DNA of 64,000 nt from Octopus sinensis (GCF_006345805.1 NW_021833025.1:62001-126000), one strand, 5' to 3'. Shown: positions 1-12,756, counted from the stretch's first letter. The notes: generated by a model not told the origin, from the letters alone. Program-made: numbers and translations.

Positions 1-205
1 TACTAGTTCAGGCTTATTTTATTAACTACCCGTAGTTTACACACGTTCAAACTTTCCACAGATAAACTATAGAAAAAGAGTAATTATCATTTCCCATATA
101 TAAAATCAATATATTTTCTAGACAATGTAATATTAATTAATTTATGCAAAAAAAATATACAACATATGGGAAAAAGTATAAATAGAAATTTAACAGCATT
201 AAAAA

Positions 206-807
206 ATGTGGATATTATTTTTGACTATCATTCACGAAATTATCTCTTTGGAATATAGTATTTAGTAATACGATATATAAAAAGAATGTTTTGATTCAAA
301 ATGTTATTCTTTTATTCTGGAGAAAAAAAATTATGAACAGGCTAAGCTATTTTGCAAAGATCGTGGGGAAATGCTAGGAGTGATTGACAGCAATGAAAAA
401 AACAACTTTATAATTGGTATTTGTGTTAATTTGTATCAATAAATAGAAAATCTGTATATACCAAGTGGCGGGGAACCTTTTTTCATTGGATTAGACGACG
501 AAGGTAATGAGGGAACTTTTACAAATTCTTACGGGAAAATTCAGGCAAAAAATATTAATCGACATACATAGAGTTATTCAAACTGGAATGGTGGAGAACC
601 AAATAACAGCAACCAAAATGAACATTGTGTTGAAGTAGTAAATTCATTTGGTGGATGGAACGACATTGATTGCTATTCCCAAAGAAATTTTTTGTGTGAA
701 AAACCAAGTTTGTATAATATTTATAAACAGTAAACACGGAGAGCTCTGTTTCCTCAGATTCATCAGATCAGCAGATAGAACGCACTATTACTAGTTGTGA
801 TAATTAA
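206..807 (+). CDS. Secreted single-domain C-type lectin (EPN/WND, mannose-type), 5 exons
   Basis: Manual splicing of introns 258-284 (27 nt), 417-446 (30), 545-571 (27, GC-AG) and 708-730 (23) gives an open frame MWILFLTIIHEIISLEYKCFDSKCYSF...FFIGLDD...SNWNGGEPNN...EHCVEV...GGWNDIDC...FLCEKP...*. It has a signal-like N-terminus and canonical CTLD cysteines. Confidence 0.92.
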
Positions 808-1641
808 CCAAAATAACTTAATAAACGAATTAACTTATTTTTAAAGATCATCTCTAAGTTAATGTTTGTTTTCAAAGTCGAGATCGAAAAAGTATGATCT
901 CCTATCCGAATAGTGTCAAACTCATTTCTTTCGCGGGCAGGATTAAACAAATTTTGGATTCCGCGGGCCAGACTATTAATTTTTGAATTTTTCGATTTAA
1001 CAAGATATTTGTTTTCTACTATAATTTTTATATTATTTTGAAACTTTTTTATTATTTGAAAGCATTTAGCAACAGATTGATTAATTTTTATAATTAAAAT
1101 GTGTTCCAGGAACATGGCATTTTTTTCTTTATAATAGCGGCAACTCGATCTAAATTTTGTTTTGTTTATATTCATTAAATAAAAAATTATTTAAATATGT
1201 ACTTCCAAAAATTGACTAAATCTTCGCAACTAAGGCTGTTAAGTTGGGATACTTCAGCAAGAGATATTTATAAAAGCTGTCTAAGCTTATCATGGTAAAT
1301 TTATTCTTCAGATCTGAGTCATGTTTCAAATCAATTATTTCCAATTTTAAGTTACTGTCAGGTAGAAATTTGGCAAAAGAAGATAGCTGATTTTGCAAAC
1401 ATGCAAGCAGTCCATCAAACTTATCCGTTCTCATTTTCCCCATCAATTTATTGTATTCGTATTGTCGTCAAATGTTATATTCTTTGACCACTGAAATTTC
1501 TTGTGCACACATCAAACAAATAGGTTTCCGATTTAACTCGCAAAGAAATATTGAACTTTTTTGGAATGATCTGCATTCGGTATCAACTCTACGTTTTGTT
1601 GAAAAAGGCATCCGCACAAGAAAAAAACAATTAAAATAATG

Positions 1642-2968
1642 TGTCACAGGCTGGATAATGCCCTGGGTTGGATAATACCCCCTTAAAAATTTTATTAAAA
1701 TCAAACGAAAATAACCTGATAATCAATTAAAAATAACTTGATAATGAAATTAAGTCGATTTATTCAATTTTTTATCAATTTTTTGATCGAATGAATTTTT
1801 CCAAAAGTCGGCAAAAACCGGCATCACCAATTTTTCCGAATCAATAACGTTTTTTATTATAATTATACAATTTTTTAGGTCTACCATTTAAAAACAAATA
1901 TTAAAAATTCATGAATTTTTATTATATAAAAATTTTTTATAAGAGTCATATTTTTTTATAGGACTTTTGTGTACATTTTTGGATGATTCGTCATTCAGAT
2001 CTTTAAGTGCGCACGTGTCTTTATCAACTTCCGATATTTCATATATAGTTGAATCGATCTGATCGTATAGGGGGTATTTTCGATTATTTTGATTTGCATC
2101 AATATCATGTCTCAGTAGGACATTATCTCCTATGGCTAAATCTTCATTAAATTTCCATTTCCGCCTCCTTTTCATTTTTTCTCCTGCGAAAACATGGCTT
2201 TCATACACACTTTGTTGATTCAAACAATCGTCCTCGTTTTCGAAATAATCAGATCCAATTATCTCCGATTGACTTGATTCAACCGCTTCATTTCCATCGA
2301 ATGACAATAACGCCGATCTTATTTCCTCCGGGATTAAATTATTTCCTCCCATAAAAATTTCGATAAATTTACAAATAACTTGCCTTTCTACATGACCCTG
2401 AATCCATGGTGCTTTAGGGCGTCCACTTATGTGTATGATTTTCAGATCATTACACATTGCTTCCATACATTTGTTCTTAAATTCTTTCACATTATCCGTC
2501 TGTAGAATACATGGGGGACCAATCATGTAAAAAATATTCTTTTTCTAGTAATTTCCTCCGCTGATTTCCGCCTGCAAGTTTTACAACTGCGAATTTAGAA
2601 AATGAGTCTATAACCACAACCAACTACAATTTATACAAAAAGAAATACCCATCCATTATCGCTATTAAGGCTAGCATACCTTCTTAAATCCACTAAATCT
2701 GCAATCGGTCCATATAAAAAACATCTATTTGAATATTTTTGATTACTTCAAGTTCATCTTTGGTAAGGTTGAGTAAAACCATTTCTGAAATATAGATTTG
2801 ATCAATTATACTTATGCTAGATTAATTTGAAAAAAAACTTTGATAAATTACTAAAATAATTAAGAAAATCAAAAAATCTAATTAAAATTAATTTGAAAAA
2901 ATATTTATTTTTTTAAAATAACGTTGAGTGGGTATTATCCAACCCAGGGCATTATCCAGCCGGTGACA
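1642..2968 (-). mobile_element. Ginger2/TDD-like DNA transposon (rve integrase, KRBA2/SCAND3-like), internally deleted
   Basis: 39-bp TIRs TGTCAC(A/C)GGCTGGATAATGCCCTGGGTTGGATAATACCC with TGT..ACA ends. 5-bp TSD TAATG at 1637-1641 and 2969-2973. ORF 1909-2526 carries integrase motifs GPPCILQTDN..EF..ISGRP..PWIQGHVER. Confidence 0.88.
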
Positions 2969-2973
2969 TAATG

Positions 2974-3900
2974 TGTCACCGTCCGCTGAACGGACCATAC
3001 CGTTGAATGGACCAATATCAAAATTTCATTTCAATCAATTCTATCCATATAAAATATCTTATTTTTTTCTACCGAAAAACTGGACATAGAACAAAATCAA
3101 CCGAACCTTAAAATTAAAAAATTATTGAATTCGTTATCGTTTTTTACTGATTTTAGAAGTTTACCAATTTAAATAATCATTTTTTAAATTAAAAAAATCA
3201 CTTCTATTAAAAACTACAAATTTAAATTTAAAATTATCGAACATAACTTTTAAAAAATGAAACCCTAACGTTAATTTTTACCAAACCCAACCAAACACAA
3301 CCCTAAGGTTTACTGAACCTCATTTTAGAAGCCAACCCTAACTCAAAAAATCCCTATTAAGCCCTAACTTTTACAAAGCCATAATTTTAAAACCAATGAG
3401 ATTTAAAAATTTACATTAAAAACAAATAATGTTAAAAACAGTGTCACTTAAGCTTTTTCAGCCTCGAAATATGTACGTCAGTTAAAATGTTTCCTTTATG
3501 TTTCTGACCCATGAACACATAAAACGGGATTTTTTTAGTAGTTTTGTGAACGGTGGAGTTATAATCAAAGACAATGTCTTTGAGAATGTCTACCTGACAA
3601 AATGAACATGCTGAAACAATTTGAGCAACCTCAGTTCAGGTAGCATCGTAACAACAACTACGAAGCTTATCCGATAAACGATCTCGTCCGAAGTGATCCA
3701 TATTATGTTCTGACTAACCATGTTTAACAATAGATAACCTAAATGTCTTTGAGTTTTAGCTCTTATTTCTTGACCGCCAAAAAACGACGTTCAGCATCTT
3801 CCTGCAGAATGTAAATTTTCTCCGTCTTTAAATCAGATTCCAATTTTTTTAATCCGTATCTTTTTTTCTTATCAACATCCTTAAAAGATGACGAATCGAA
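2974..3900 (-). mobile_element. Second, truncated Ginger2-like element (one terminus plus integrase H2C2 zinc-finger remnant)
   Basis: Starts TGTCACCGTCCG. The minus strand at ~3590-3720 reads HNMDHFGRDRLSDKL..EVAQIVSACSFCQ (integrase HHCC). No matching right TIR seen. Confidence 0.6.
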
Positions 3901-3998
3901 ATCAGAATTAGAATAATCTTTAATTTTTTTATTTTATGCAAAAAAGCTTCATTAAAACCAAATTAGGCCGTCCGCGCGCCGCATCTTTGACACCCCTG

Positions 3999-4330
3999 TC
4001 ATATCCAAAGAACTGGAAGTAATTCATCATGCAAGAGTGAAATTAGTACCTATTGTATTAACATGGAATGGCCTGGTAACTTTAAATTTCTACAATATGC
4101 AGGTTTGTCTAACATTAGTAAGAGAACGCACGCATACATTCAATCACTTACTATAAAGAAAACCCTTGAGAGCATGATTGTCTCTTATAGAAACAGAGTT
4201 GAACCGTGGAAAAGGACACTTAAAATGGACAAAAGAATAAGAGATTTATCACCAAAAAGGTGTGTCTTCAACATTGCCTGTGCTTGCCAGCACCCCGAAA
4301 GAGAAGAGGCAGGCTTGCCTACCTGAATCA
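3999..4330 (+). mobile_element. 3' fragment of an R4-like (REL endonuclease) non-LTR retrotransposon
   Basis: ISKELEVIHHARVKLVPIVLTWNGLVT..HAYIQSLTIKKTLE, homologous to 29780-30049. Confidence 0.7.
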
Positions 4331-4856
4331 CTGTGCAAATAGAAGATATATCGACCAGAAGGAAAAGATTATTTAATTAATTAATACTTTCTTTACGTTT
4401 TTGGATTATTTTGGTTAAAAAAATATTCTTTTTCAAATTCAAGAATTCCACTTTCATGATCAAAAAATGAAAAATCTAAGTACACAAATTTTTTGATAGC
4501 TTTTAATTGTCATACCAAGAATTTTAAATGATCTATAGACACAACAGTCGTCAGGAGATTCACAAAATTGTACTTTTAATGAGCTATCACCAATGGAAAT
4601 CTAAAGAATCATGTTTTACTTATTAATTCTTGAGTTTTAATGGAATAAAAAAGACTATAATCAAAAAAAACTATGTTAGTTTGTTAAGAATTGTTGAACA
4701 CAAACATGGCATGAAGAACTATAATGATCAAAATTTCAAAAGAACAAATTGTCTTGTCGCTAAAAAATAAGAACTCTGAGTGTTTGTTTAAATACAATAT
4801 GAGTCAGCTTTTTTACTGAAATAGGACGAGAAAAGATTTCGGGATTTGACGTGTTT

Positions 4857-7264
4857 TATTTATTTATTAACTCCAAGATCACCGAGAAAGATAAGTAAGA
4901 ACTAACTAATTAGGTGATCCCTGCCTCCAACAACAGCCGTACTCTCCTTACATGATTTTCTGATGACCCGACCGTAATCCGGAAACGCCTTCTCTTCCTT
5001 CTGCAGAGGAACTCAAGACAAGACAAGACAAGTTTTATTTCCCAACAAACCCATAAATTAAAGTTAGGGAGAAAGCCAAGAGCAGAACAAGAAACTAATT
5101 AATGTGGGTTTGATTTCATTGTATAGGGTCATTTTATGAGACACCACATGTCTCTTCTTCGCATATACCCAAAAAAATTACATCATAATTTCCATAAGTG
5201 ACGTAACAAATCTTCTATCTTTCTGACTTTAGCGTCATAAGCATCTTCGATTTTTGAATTTAAGTTCAATCCAAATGCCAATTTAATAGCAAATCTTCTG
5301 GTCTTTTCCAACTTTTTCACAAAAATGCTACTTTCTTCGGACCTATACCACCCTTGATAGCCATATATCAAGAATGGCTCAATACATGTAGAATACACAA
5401 AAAGGAAAGTTTCAGGCTCCAAATGAAATCGAGTTAAGGATTTCAACATTCCTGTAGCTTTCTCTCTTCGTGTTTTGATATGATCTTTAAAAGATCCTCT
5501 TCGATCTATCGATACTCCGAGATACTCCAATTTTCCAGAGTTTTTTATATCTCCTGTATTTACATATTCATTGATATTTTTTCTTTTACTTGCAATCCAT
5601 GTGACTGTTGATTTTTCTCTTGACAGAGTCAACCCATTGTTTTGGCACCACATCCCAATGTTTTTTATATGGGTTTCTACCCTTTTCCATGAAATTTGTT
5701 TACTTATGCTTGAATCAAGCACAAGAATGTCATCAGAATAAATAATCATACGACTATTTATGCTCTCAGTTTTTGGTAACTCATTCATTACACAATTGAA
5801 GAGTAGCGGGCTGAGAATTGATCCCTGCGGAACCCCTCTTCGTAATTCAATTTTCTTAGAAATTAAATTTCCAACACGTATATACGACCTCCTTCTTGAA
5901 AGAAAGTTTTCTATCCATAATAATGCGGTTCTCCCAATTCCTGCTTTTGATAACGTATCAAGAAGTCCGTAGTGCCAAACACTGTCAAAGGCCTTCGTTA
6001 TATCCAAGCACGCTATTGTAAGAAATTCCTTTTTTCTCCTCGAACTATCAATTGCAGATCTTAGCTCTCTGAGACAATCTCCAGTCCCTTTTTTATGTCG
6101 AAAACCCAATTGATTGTCAGAGAGAAAATTATTAAGGAGGTGTTGGGATTCCTTTGACTCCCAAGAACTTAAAATCCAGATCAAGTTAATAAAGAGGAAG
6201 ATAATGGATGTTGTAAAGAAGAATGAAGAAAAAATATGGAAAAGGGAATGTTCAAAGCTACATCGAAAGAATCCAAAATTTTGGAAACTATTTGCAAGAA
6301 TGGTTTCGCCAAGTAATAAAAAAGAAGAAATTTCTCTGAAATCAGATGATGGTTTTACTATTCCGAAGGAAGAAATACCGGATATATTACGCAAACAATT
6401 GTCCAGAATTCAAGAGACTGATCCAGCCACCTTTATTCCACAAGAAGTGCAAAATAAAAGAAGTAATTATAAAGAAACGTCGAAACTGAATAGTCCCTTG
6501 TGCCAACCTATAACACAAGAAGAAATAAATACTGCGATAAAAGGTTGCAAAAATAAAGCACCAGGATGGGATTTCATCCCAATGAGTATTTTCAAGAATG
6601 CGGACCAGACGTTAGTTGGATTACTAAATATTTTGTACAATTCTTCGTGGAGTTTTGGACATGTTCCGTCGACCTGGAAACGAACAATTGTACGTATGGT
6701 CGTGAAAAAAGGAAAGCCTAAGTCAAAAGCAGATAGCTATAGGCCAATTAGCTTAATCTGCTCAATTTTGAAAATTATGGAGAAAATTGTTTTCAATCGT
6801 CTCTCAAGAGGAACTCAATTGGAGTGCATTTCTTTATAACAGACCGAAATTCCTCTGCATGGGCCACCTTTTCCTTGAGTGGGTTTCCCAGTTCCTTGCA
6901 GAAACGTAGGAAACCCTGTCCATTCTTCTGCGTCGCCTCCTCGAAAGCAAGGCTGCCAACTGAGGTGTCATAATCTTCCTTCTGAGTGAGTTCAAACGTT
7001 CCGCTTTCGAACAAGCAATTGCAAACCTCCAGGCTGAGCAGGCATACTCAACCGTCGGGGCAATCACTTGTTGGTAGACCTTGCTGACACAATCTTTCAG
7101 GGGGAAGGGACTCTTCTTTAACAGAGCTTTCAAGACGTTCCACCTCCGAAGACCTTTAGCTAGGGCCTCCTCTACGTGACTTGAGAACGTCATTAAGGAG
7201 TCGAAGACCACGCCAAGGATCTTCTGGGTACGCGAAGAGGGAATAGGATTGTCTCCAATGAATA
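4857..7264 (-). mobile_element. 5'-truncated LINE (APE-type clade) with (TAAA)n tail, interrupted by another LINE
   Basis: 9-bp TSD GACGTGTTT at 4848-4856 and 7265-7273. C-terminal RT region ..LGVVFDSLMTFSSHV..VYQQVIAPTVEYAC. Joining across the nested insert gives ..CTPIEFLCRRK..LLLEAGIT*, similar to the end of 21137-21520. Confidence 0.85.
5017..6806 (-). mobile_element. LINE (Jockey/L2-type RT) with 5' inversion and (CTTGT)n tail
   Basis: 12-bp TSD AGAGGAACTCAA at 5005-5016 and 6807-6818. The RT core is on the minus strand (NQLGFR..LDITKAFDSV..GVPQGSILSP..YSDD). The immediately upstream segment (KAPGWD..YRPISL..EKIVFNRL) is on the plus strand at ~6135-6806. Confidence 0.9.
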
Positions 7265-7379
7265 GACGTGTTTAGTTGCCCAGAGATGAGAAAAAATCTT
7301 AATTAATTTTATTTGTATGTTAAATATACAAATTATTATATTTATTATAAAAAAATTGTTGTGGTTCACGTGCTCTACA

Positions 7380-8449
7380 ATGGAAGATTCAGATGAGAGA
7401 GAAATTATGAGTATGCGAGACCTTATAAAATTTGCGACAAAAAATTCTGGGTCCTCTTCAGAACAAAAAGAGCCAATAAGCGAAGAGGCAGAATTTCCAT
7501 TGTAATTTAATTTAGAGAATTGAATTTCTAAAGGAAGCACTTGGTTCTCTTACCGTAGACATATCTTCCAAATTAAAATCAGCCATAAAGACAATTAATG
7601 ATTTTGCAACTGGAAAGCAAGATGAAAGCTTTTACGATTTTGCAATAGACACACTCCTTGAGTATACACAACAAATAGATTTTGCCATCAGTATACATAA
7701 CCTGATTTTGTTAATTTCCAGATTTTGTTCAACTCGATGGCCTTGAAGCAGCGTCTCTCGTGTTTAATAACATCAAAGACTCTTCAGTACACACAAAAAT
7801 GTGCCAACTCATGGCTTTGGTTGCTCAGAACAATCCTTTTGTACAAAATGCTTTAAAAGAGTCTTTGATTCCGAGTTCGATCTTATTATTAAATAAGACT
7901 ACGACTGATTTGGAACTAAGTATAATGTCATTTCACGCACTATCATGTATTTTTAAGTTCATCTATTTCAAAGGTTATGCAAGAAACAATCCTGACTCTC
8001 TGAGACATTTTGTCTCTATTGGTGGTGTAGAAATTATTGGAAAGTGTCTAAATCACGAACTTAGTCCACGTCTGGCAGCAAAATGTAGCTTCTTTCTCTC
8101 TTCTATTGCCAGTGAGGACGCCGATATTTTAAGTAATTTTATCAATTTTGTTATTAAATAGTGAAATTTTTTGAGTCAGATCGGAATTTGTTCATTACAA
8201 TTGTCGAAGTGATTGAACGTGGAATGTTATCAGTGGTGACGCATCTTCTGACGCCATTGTCGGTATTTATCTCCAGAGTGCATTCGATTGACGTGTCCGT
8301 CGTTATTAGACTCCGAGAATGTATAGGAGTTGTTTTCTTTAAGATGTCGGAAAAATCTTGGTCTTATGAGGTAGAAAGTGATTATTATGCTTTCACAGGA
8401 GCAGATTGAATCTTGTCATAGCATTTTAAACAGACTTAAGGAGTTATAA
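7380..8449 (+). CDS. HSPBP1: Hsp70 nucleotide-exchange factor HSPBP1/Fes1, multi-exon
   Basis: Spliced product ..PISEE|RIEFLKEAL..QIDFAI|NFVQLDG..VAQNNPFVQ..HALS|CYARNN..FVSIGG..KCSFFL. Micro-introns at 7488-7515 (GC-AG), 7691-7721, 7947-7973, 8133-8161 and others. Confidence 0.85.
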
Positions 8450-8594
8450 TTAATTTTCAAATTCTTCTCTTAGCTTAAATAAATTTTTGTTTCGTAAACC
8501 AAAATAAAAAACGAACACTACATTTTTCCTAAAATTTCCAAGAAACGAATCAAAAAAAATATTTAAATAGAATTTTAACAATATAAAAAATATT

Positions 8595-11250
8595 CCTGTC
8601 TTGAAGAAATGAAAACATAGCTTCAGATTTAGGAGATATATTTCCTTTCTTAAGCCATGTTGAAGACGATTGAATATCAAAATTGTTATCATCAAGGGAT
8701 TCAAATAGCTTCGAGTGAAGTGTTTTCTTCTTGATATTGGACAGTAAGGAATCAATCTGCAATCTATTCAGTGATTTGGTTATCTCTTCTTGGGTGTTCG
8801 TTCCATATTTACAATGCAGGAATTCTGTGATCGTGGCCATATGGGATTTTCTTTTCTGCTCGGCCCACAGAATTGCTGCCTTTCTTGGGGAGATTAACTT
8901 TCGCCTCTCCAGATTTTCACGAAAGTCAAACAGCATTTTTTCCGACCTGAAGGTAATCGAGGCAAGCCCTCTTCCAAGTTTATCCCTCGGCATATAGCCT
9001 TTCCTTACAGGCTGGTTTCATATGAATATTTAGATCCATTAACAGCTTCCTGACAATTTGTCAATTTCATCAAAAACGGACGGTTCCAAATCCAGAAGGC
9101 CGATATAATAATTGTACAAGATAAGGCATGTTCATTAATTGCCTTAAACAAATTCACCGAATTTAGTTTCGTCTTCGACAATCTTTCGATACGTTGTTGA
9201 ACCTCTATCCGTAAATTTTTCAAAACTTCTTCTTTACAACCTGACTAAACTTATTTTCCAATACACCCAAATAACGGTAAGTATCCAGTCCATCCAGCGT
9301 TTGGCATCATTTCTCAATAAACAACTATTTGTTGCCGACTTCTCATAATTCTTTTCCAAACCCGAAGCTTTAAAAAATAAATCCACGTCTTTCATCATAC
9401 ACCCGAGTGTGACCTCATCTTTGGCGAGCAGTTTCAAATCATCAATGAACAAAAAATGGTTCGTAGAAAAAAACAGTGAATTTTCTTGATTGGTATTGAC
9501 TGATAAATTTGGGTATTTAGCCGATAACAATCTGCTCAACGGATCCAAAGTCAAAATGAACAACTGAGGAGACAGGGAATCTCCTTGGAGTATTCCACGT
9601 TCTATGTTAACAATTCCTAGATGCTGCTTTCCTAATTTGAGGGAGACCTTCCAATTTGGAATTATTGACATTACAAACTTTGTTATCCATTCAGGAAGCC
9701 CTGAGTTTTTCAGAATAACTGCAAGGAATTCGTGATTGATTGAGTCAAAGGCTTTTTTTACGTCTACCCATGAAGAAAATAATTGTACTCATGTGACCTG
9801 TTCACACAACAGTTAATAAGTGCTTGCTCCTTTGCACCTTGACAATGCCTCTTAGTGCCAAGTTGACACTCAGAGATTAGATCGTATACTTCCACATACT
9901 CAGCAATTTTCTCATCTACACACTTTGTGACGAGTTTATAAAGGCACGGCATACAGGTAATTGGTCTGAAATCACCGGCTTCAGTGGAATTATCTTTTTT
10001 CGGAATAAGATAAGTTATCCCGGTATAAAACCAACTCTGAGGTTGACTGCTTCCAGTAATGATATTTCTGATCTCATCAAATAGAAATTTATGTAGGGAG
10101 TCCAATTTTTTGATGAAGAAGTTGTAAACTCCATCGCAGCCAGGAGCTTTCCAGTTGGGGAGAAATTCGATAATGTTTAAAATGAAGGTGTCATTAACAT
10201 CAGGTTCGTGATATTCGGCACCAGTGACTCTTCTATTCACACCCAATTGATACTCACTTATATCTCTTTTTTTCCATACATTAGTCCAAAACTTCAAGCA
10301 ACGGTCAGTGTCAATACACTCATTATGTTGGATGGTAGAATTGAGTCTTCTATAAAAGGATTTTCTATACAACTCAAAATTTCTGTTATCCTTCCTGAAC
10401 TGTCTTCTTGAATCAGAAATATTCACTTTCTTCATGAGAATTTTAATTTTATCATTTATGGCTGTCGAAATTCTTTCAAATTCACCACTTTTCAATTTTT
10501 TATAATTAAAAGAGCAAAGAATATCCGTTGCTTTCTTCTTCTCCTCATCACTTACTGTTGAGGTAAAAAACTTTGTAATGATAGACTCATTTTCAGTTAA
10601 AGACTCAATCTTCCTTTTCACATTGTCCACCCAGTTTGATGGTGAAAATTCTTTCTTTGTAATTCGATGATAAGTGCATTGTGAGGAATATATCAAAGTA
10701 GAAATGTCATTAATCGATTTTGGGGGATTATCTGATGTATATTGGATCAAAGCCCTGTTAATCAAATCGATAACCAGATGATTAATATATTGAGCAGGGA
10801 CTTTCGGAGTAGGCATTCTTTCTTCAAAAGGTATTGAACTATTTTCTTCAATCTGAATCAACAATTCTTCATAGCATTTAGTATATAAGGTTAAATTGGT
10901 GCCACCTTTATCGTTGCTGGAGGCATCATTCCTAGCATTATCTCTTACTGAAGCATTATTTCTAAATGAAGCAATAAGCCTCTTTAGTTCAGATATTGAT
11001 TTCTTCTTCCCAAACTTCAGATTGAAGTAATCCACAGTCAAAGGCCATCCTCCTCTAGGCATCCGCTTAAACCGATCTTTGACAAGCCCGAAGAGCTGAG
11101 TCACCCATTCACCAGGATTCGAAGAGTTGACAGAGTCACACAAAGCTTTCAGAGGTAGCAGACTTGTCGATATCTGCTGGGGAGGTCCAGTGAGTGAATT
11201 TCCGGAGGAATAAGGACGGCCATGAACATTTAAATCCACTCTTCCATTAC
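8595..11250 (-). mobile_element. R4/Dong-like non-LTR retrotransposon, frameshifted, 3' end (CCHC/REL) deleted
   Basis: ORF pieces 9764-11239, 9234-9671, 9005-9223 and 8550-8993 give NWKAPGCDG, DFRPITC, GAKEQALIN, DVKKAFDS, GILQGDSLSP, HFLFIDDLKL and FLQDRN. Confidence 0.88.
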
Positions 11251-11672
11251 AATTTTCACTATTATTTTGAGTATTTGAAACCTCTTTGTTTTAGTGTATT
11301 TCTGATTGTTTCAGTTGTTACATTTTCCCATTTCTTCTTTCAGTGCCTTCGCATATTTTACGCAATTAAAATTTGGATCTTCAATCCTTGCCTTATTGAT
11401 TTTTTTAAAATCTTCTTCATTTAGGAGCCGGGGACGACCAGAACCATATTTTCTTGTGCATGGAATATTTTGTTTATATTTTCGAATTGTTTTCGATATG
11501 GTATCAAGTGATCTTTTACACCATCTTTTAGTTATACGTTGTATTTCGCGATACGTCTTTCCGCATTTGTAAATACCGATAATTGTTCCCTTTTCTTTAA
11601 AACTCAATTGTCTGGCCATAATAAGTTATTATAGCGTCCCAAATATTAATAATTTTTTAAAAAAATCACATA

Positions 11673-12756
11673 CAGTAAAGTCTCTCGAATCCGCCGACTC
11701 TCGAATCCGCCATACCCTCGAATCCGCCAATTATAATTAATAAATTCTCTTATCCGCCATTTTTCCTAGAAAAATTCTCGAATCCGCCAAATTCTCGAAT
11801 CCGCCATATTTTTTATAATGAATCCGCCATGTGTCCTAATTTTAAATAAATTTTTAATTAAATTTACTGATATATAATCAATTTATTAACACGTTACATC
11901 TGTCTTTGTTGTTGTATTAATGAAACGTAACTGTACAAGACTAAAAAACAATCAAAAATTGAGATTTTGAATTTTATTCAAACAAATAATGAATTATCTT
12001 CACTAAAAATTTCTGAGATTTTTTCAAAAAAATACAACTTGCCTGTTTCTCGCCGATCTATTGATGATCTGAAAAGTAAAAGAGGATCTAACATTATGTT
12101 TCATAACCTAAGATCTGACATTTCCCGCAAACAATATTTAAAGTTTGTTTGCGGGAAACTAAGCATAAAAGATTCAATATTATTTACATATTATGCTTGG
12201 AATAAAATAGAAAGTTCCTTAATTTTAAATTGTTCCATTCATGCAAAATGTACTCAAAACAATGAAAATATTAATTATGAAAATCCCTTAATTGAACATT
12301 ATGATAATATTCTGGAAAAAATGAATATTATTGATCCGTTAGAAGAAAGTCTTTATATTGAGATTGAATATAATGAAAGTGAAGAACTTGAATTAAATAA
12401 TTCAGAAAAAATAGAACAAGAAATTAGCGAAGAACCGTGTGAACAAAGTCAGAAAGTTGTTACCATTAACGAGGCTTTTATCGCTTTAAACAAATTAAAA
12501 GAGTTCTATAATCAAGAAGAATTCTTTAATGTAGAAAATCTTGAGTATATTGAAAACATTGGATCTTCATGATCCAAACTCTAAGAAGAAACAAGTCGAG
12601 ACTTACTGATTTTTTTGTTTTTAATTTATTATTTTGGCTTAATAATTTAAATTATTAATGGATTAAAAAATCGATAAGTCTCTCGAATCCGCCAAATTCT
12701 CGAATCCGCCAGATTTTGCCGATCCCCGAAATTGGCGGATTCGAGAGACTTTACTG
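11673..12756 (+). mobile_element. pogo/Tigger-family element, internally deleted
   Basis: Perfect 23-bp TIR CAGTAAAGTCTCTCGAATCCGCC with TA TSDs. Multiple subterminal CTCGAATCCGCC repeats. The residual ORF 11967-12572 has a CENP-B-like HTH start and a Tigger-type C-terminus but no DDD core. Confidence 0.9.

Larger units (their letters stand above)
908..3998 (-). mobile_element. Degenerate hAT (Charlie/Buster, GTF2IRD2-like) element containing nested Ginger-like insertions
   Basis: Terminus CAGGGGTGTCAAAG on the minus strand at 3998. Degenerate counterpart ..GTGTCAAACTCATTT..CGCGGGC at ~908-940. Transposase remnants at 1216-1610 (-): KRRVDTECRSFQ..KPICLMC..SVVKEYNI and ..KYPNLTALVAKI. Confidence 0.7.

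Noticed and set aside
804-1175. 123-aa minus-strand ORF
   Set aside because: Low-complexity AT-rich frame overlapping the hAT end, with no recognisable motifs.
4958-4990. Hammerhead-like CTGATGA...GAAAC
   Set aside because: Stem II cannot form and no stem I/III was found. It is the antisense of LINE coding sequence.
11098-11230. Possible HDV-like ribozyme at the 5' end of the R4-like element (minus strand: TCACTCA/TGGGTGA, CTGG-ACCTCC-CCAG, GGTGAAT)
   Set aside because: No P1 partner or P1.1 after P3, and U occupies the catalytic C position.
11673-11830. Regularly repeated CTCGAATCCGCC resembling a CRISPR array or iterons
   Set aside because: Short irregular spacers, identical to the TIR core. 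These are pogo subterminal repeats in a eukaryotic context.
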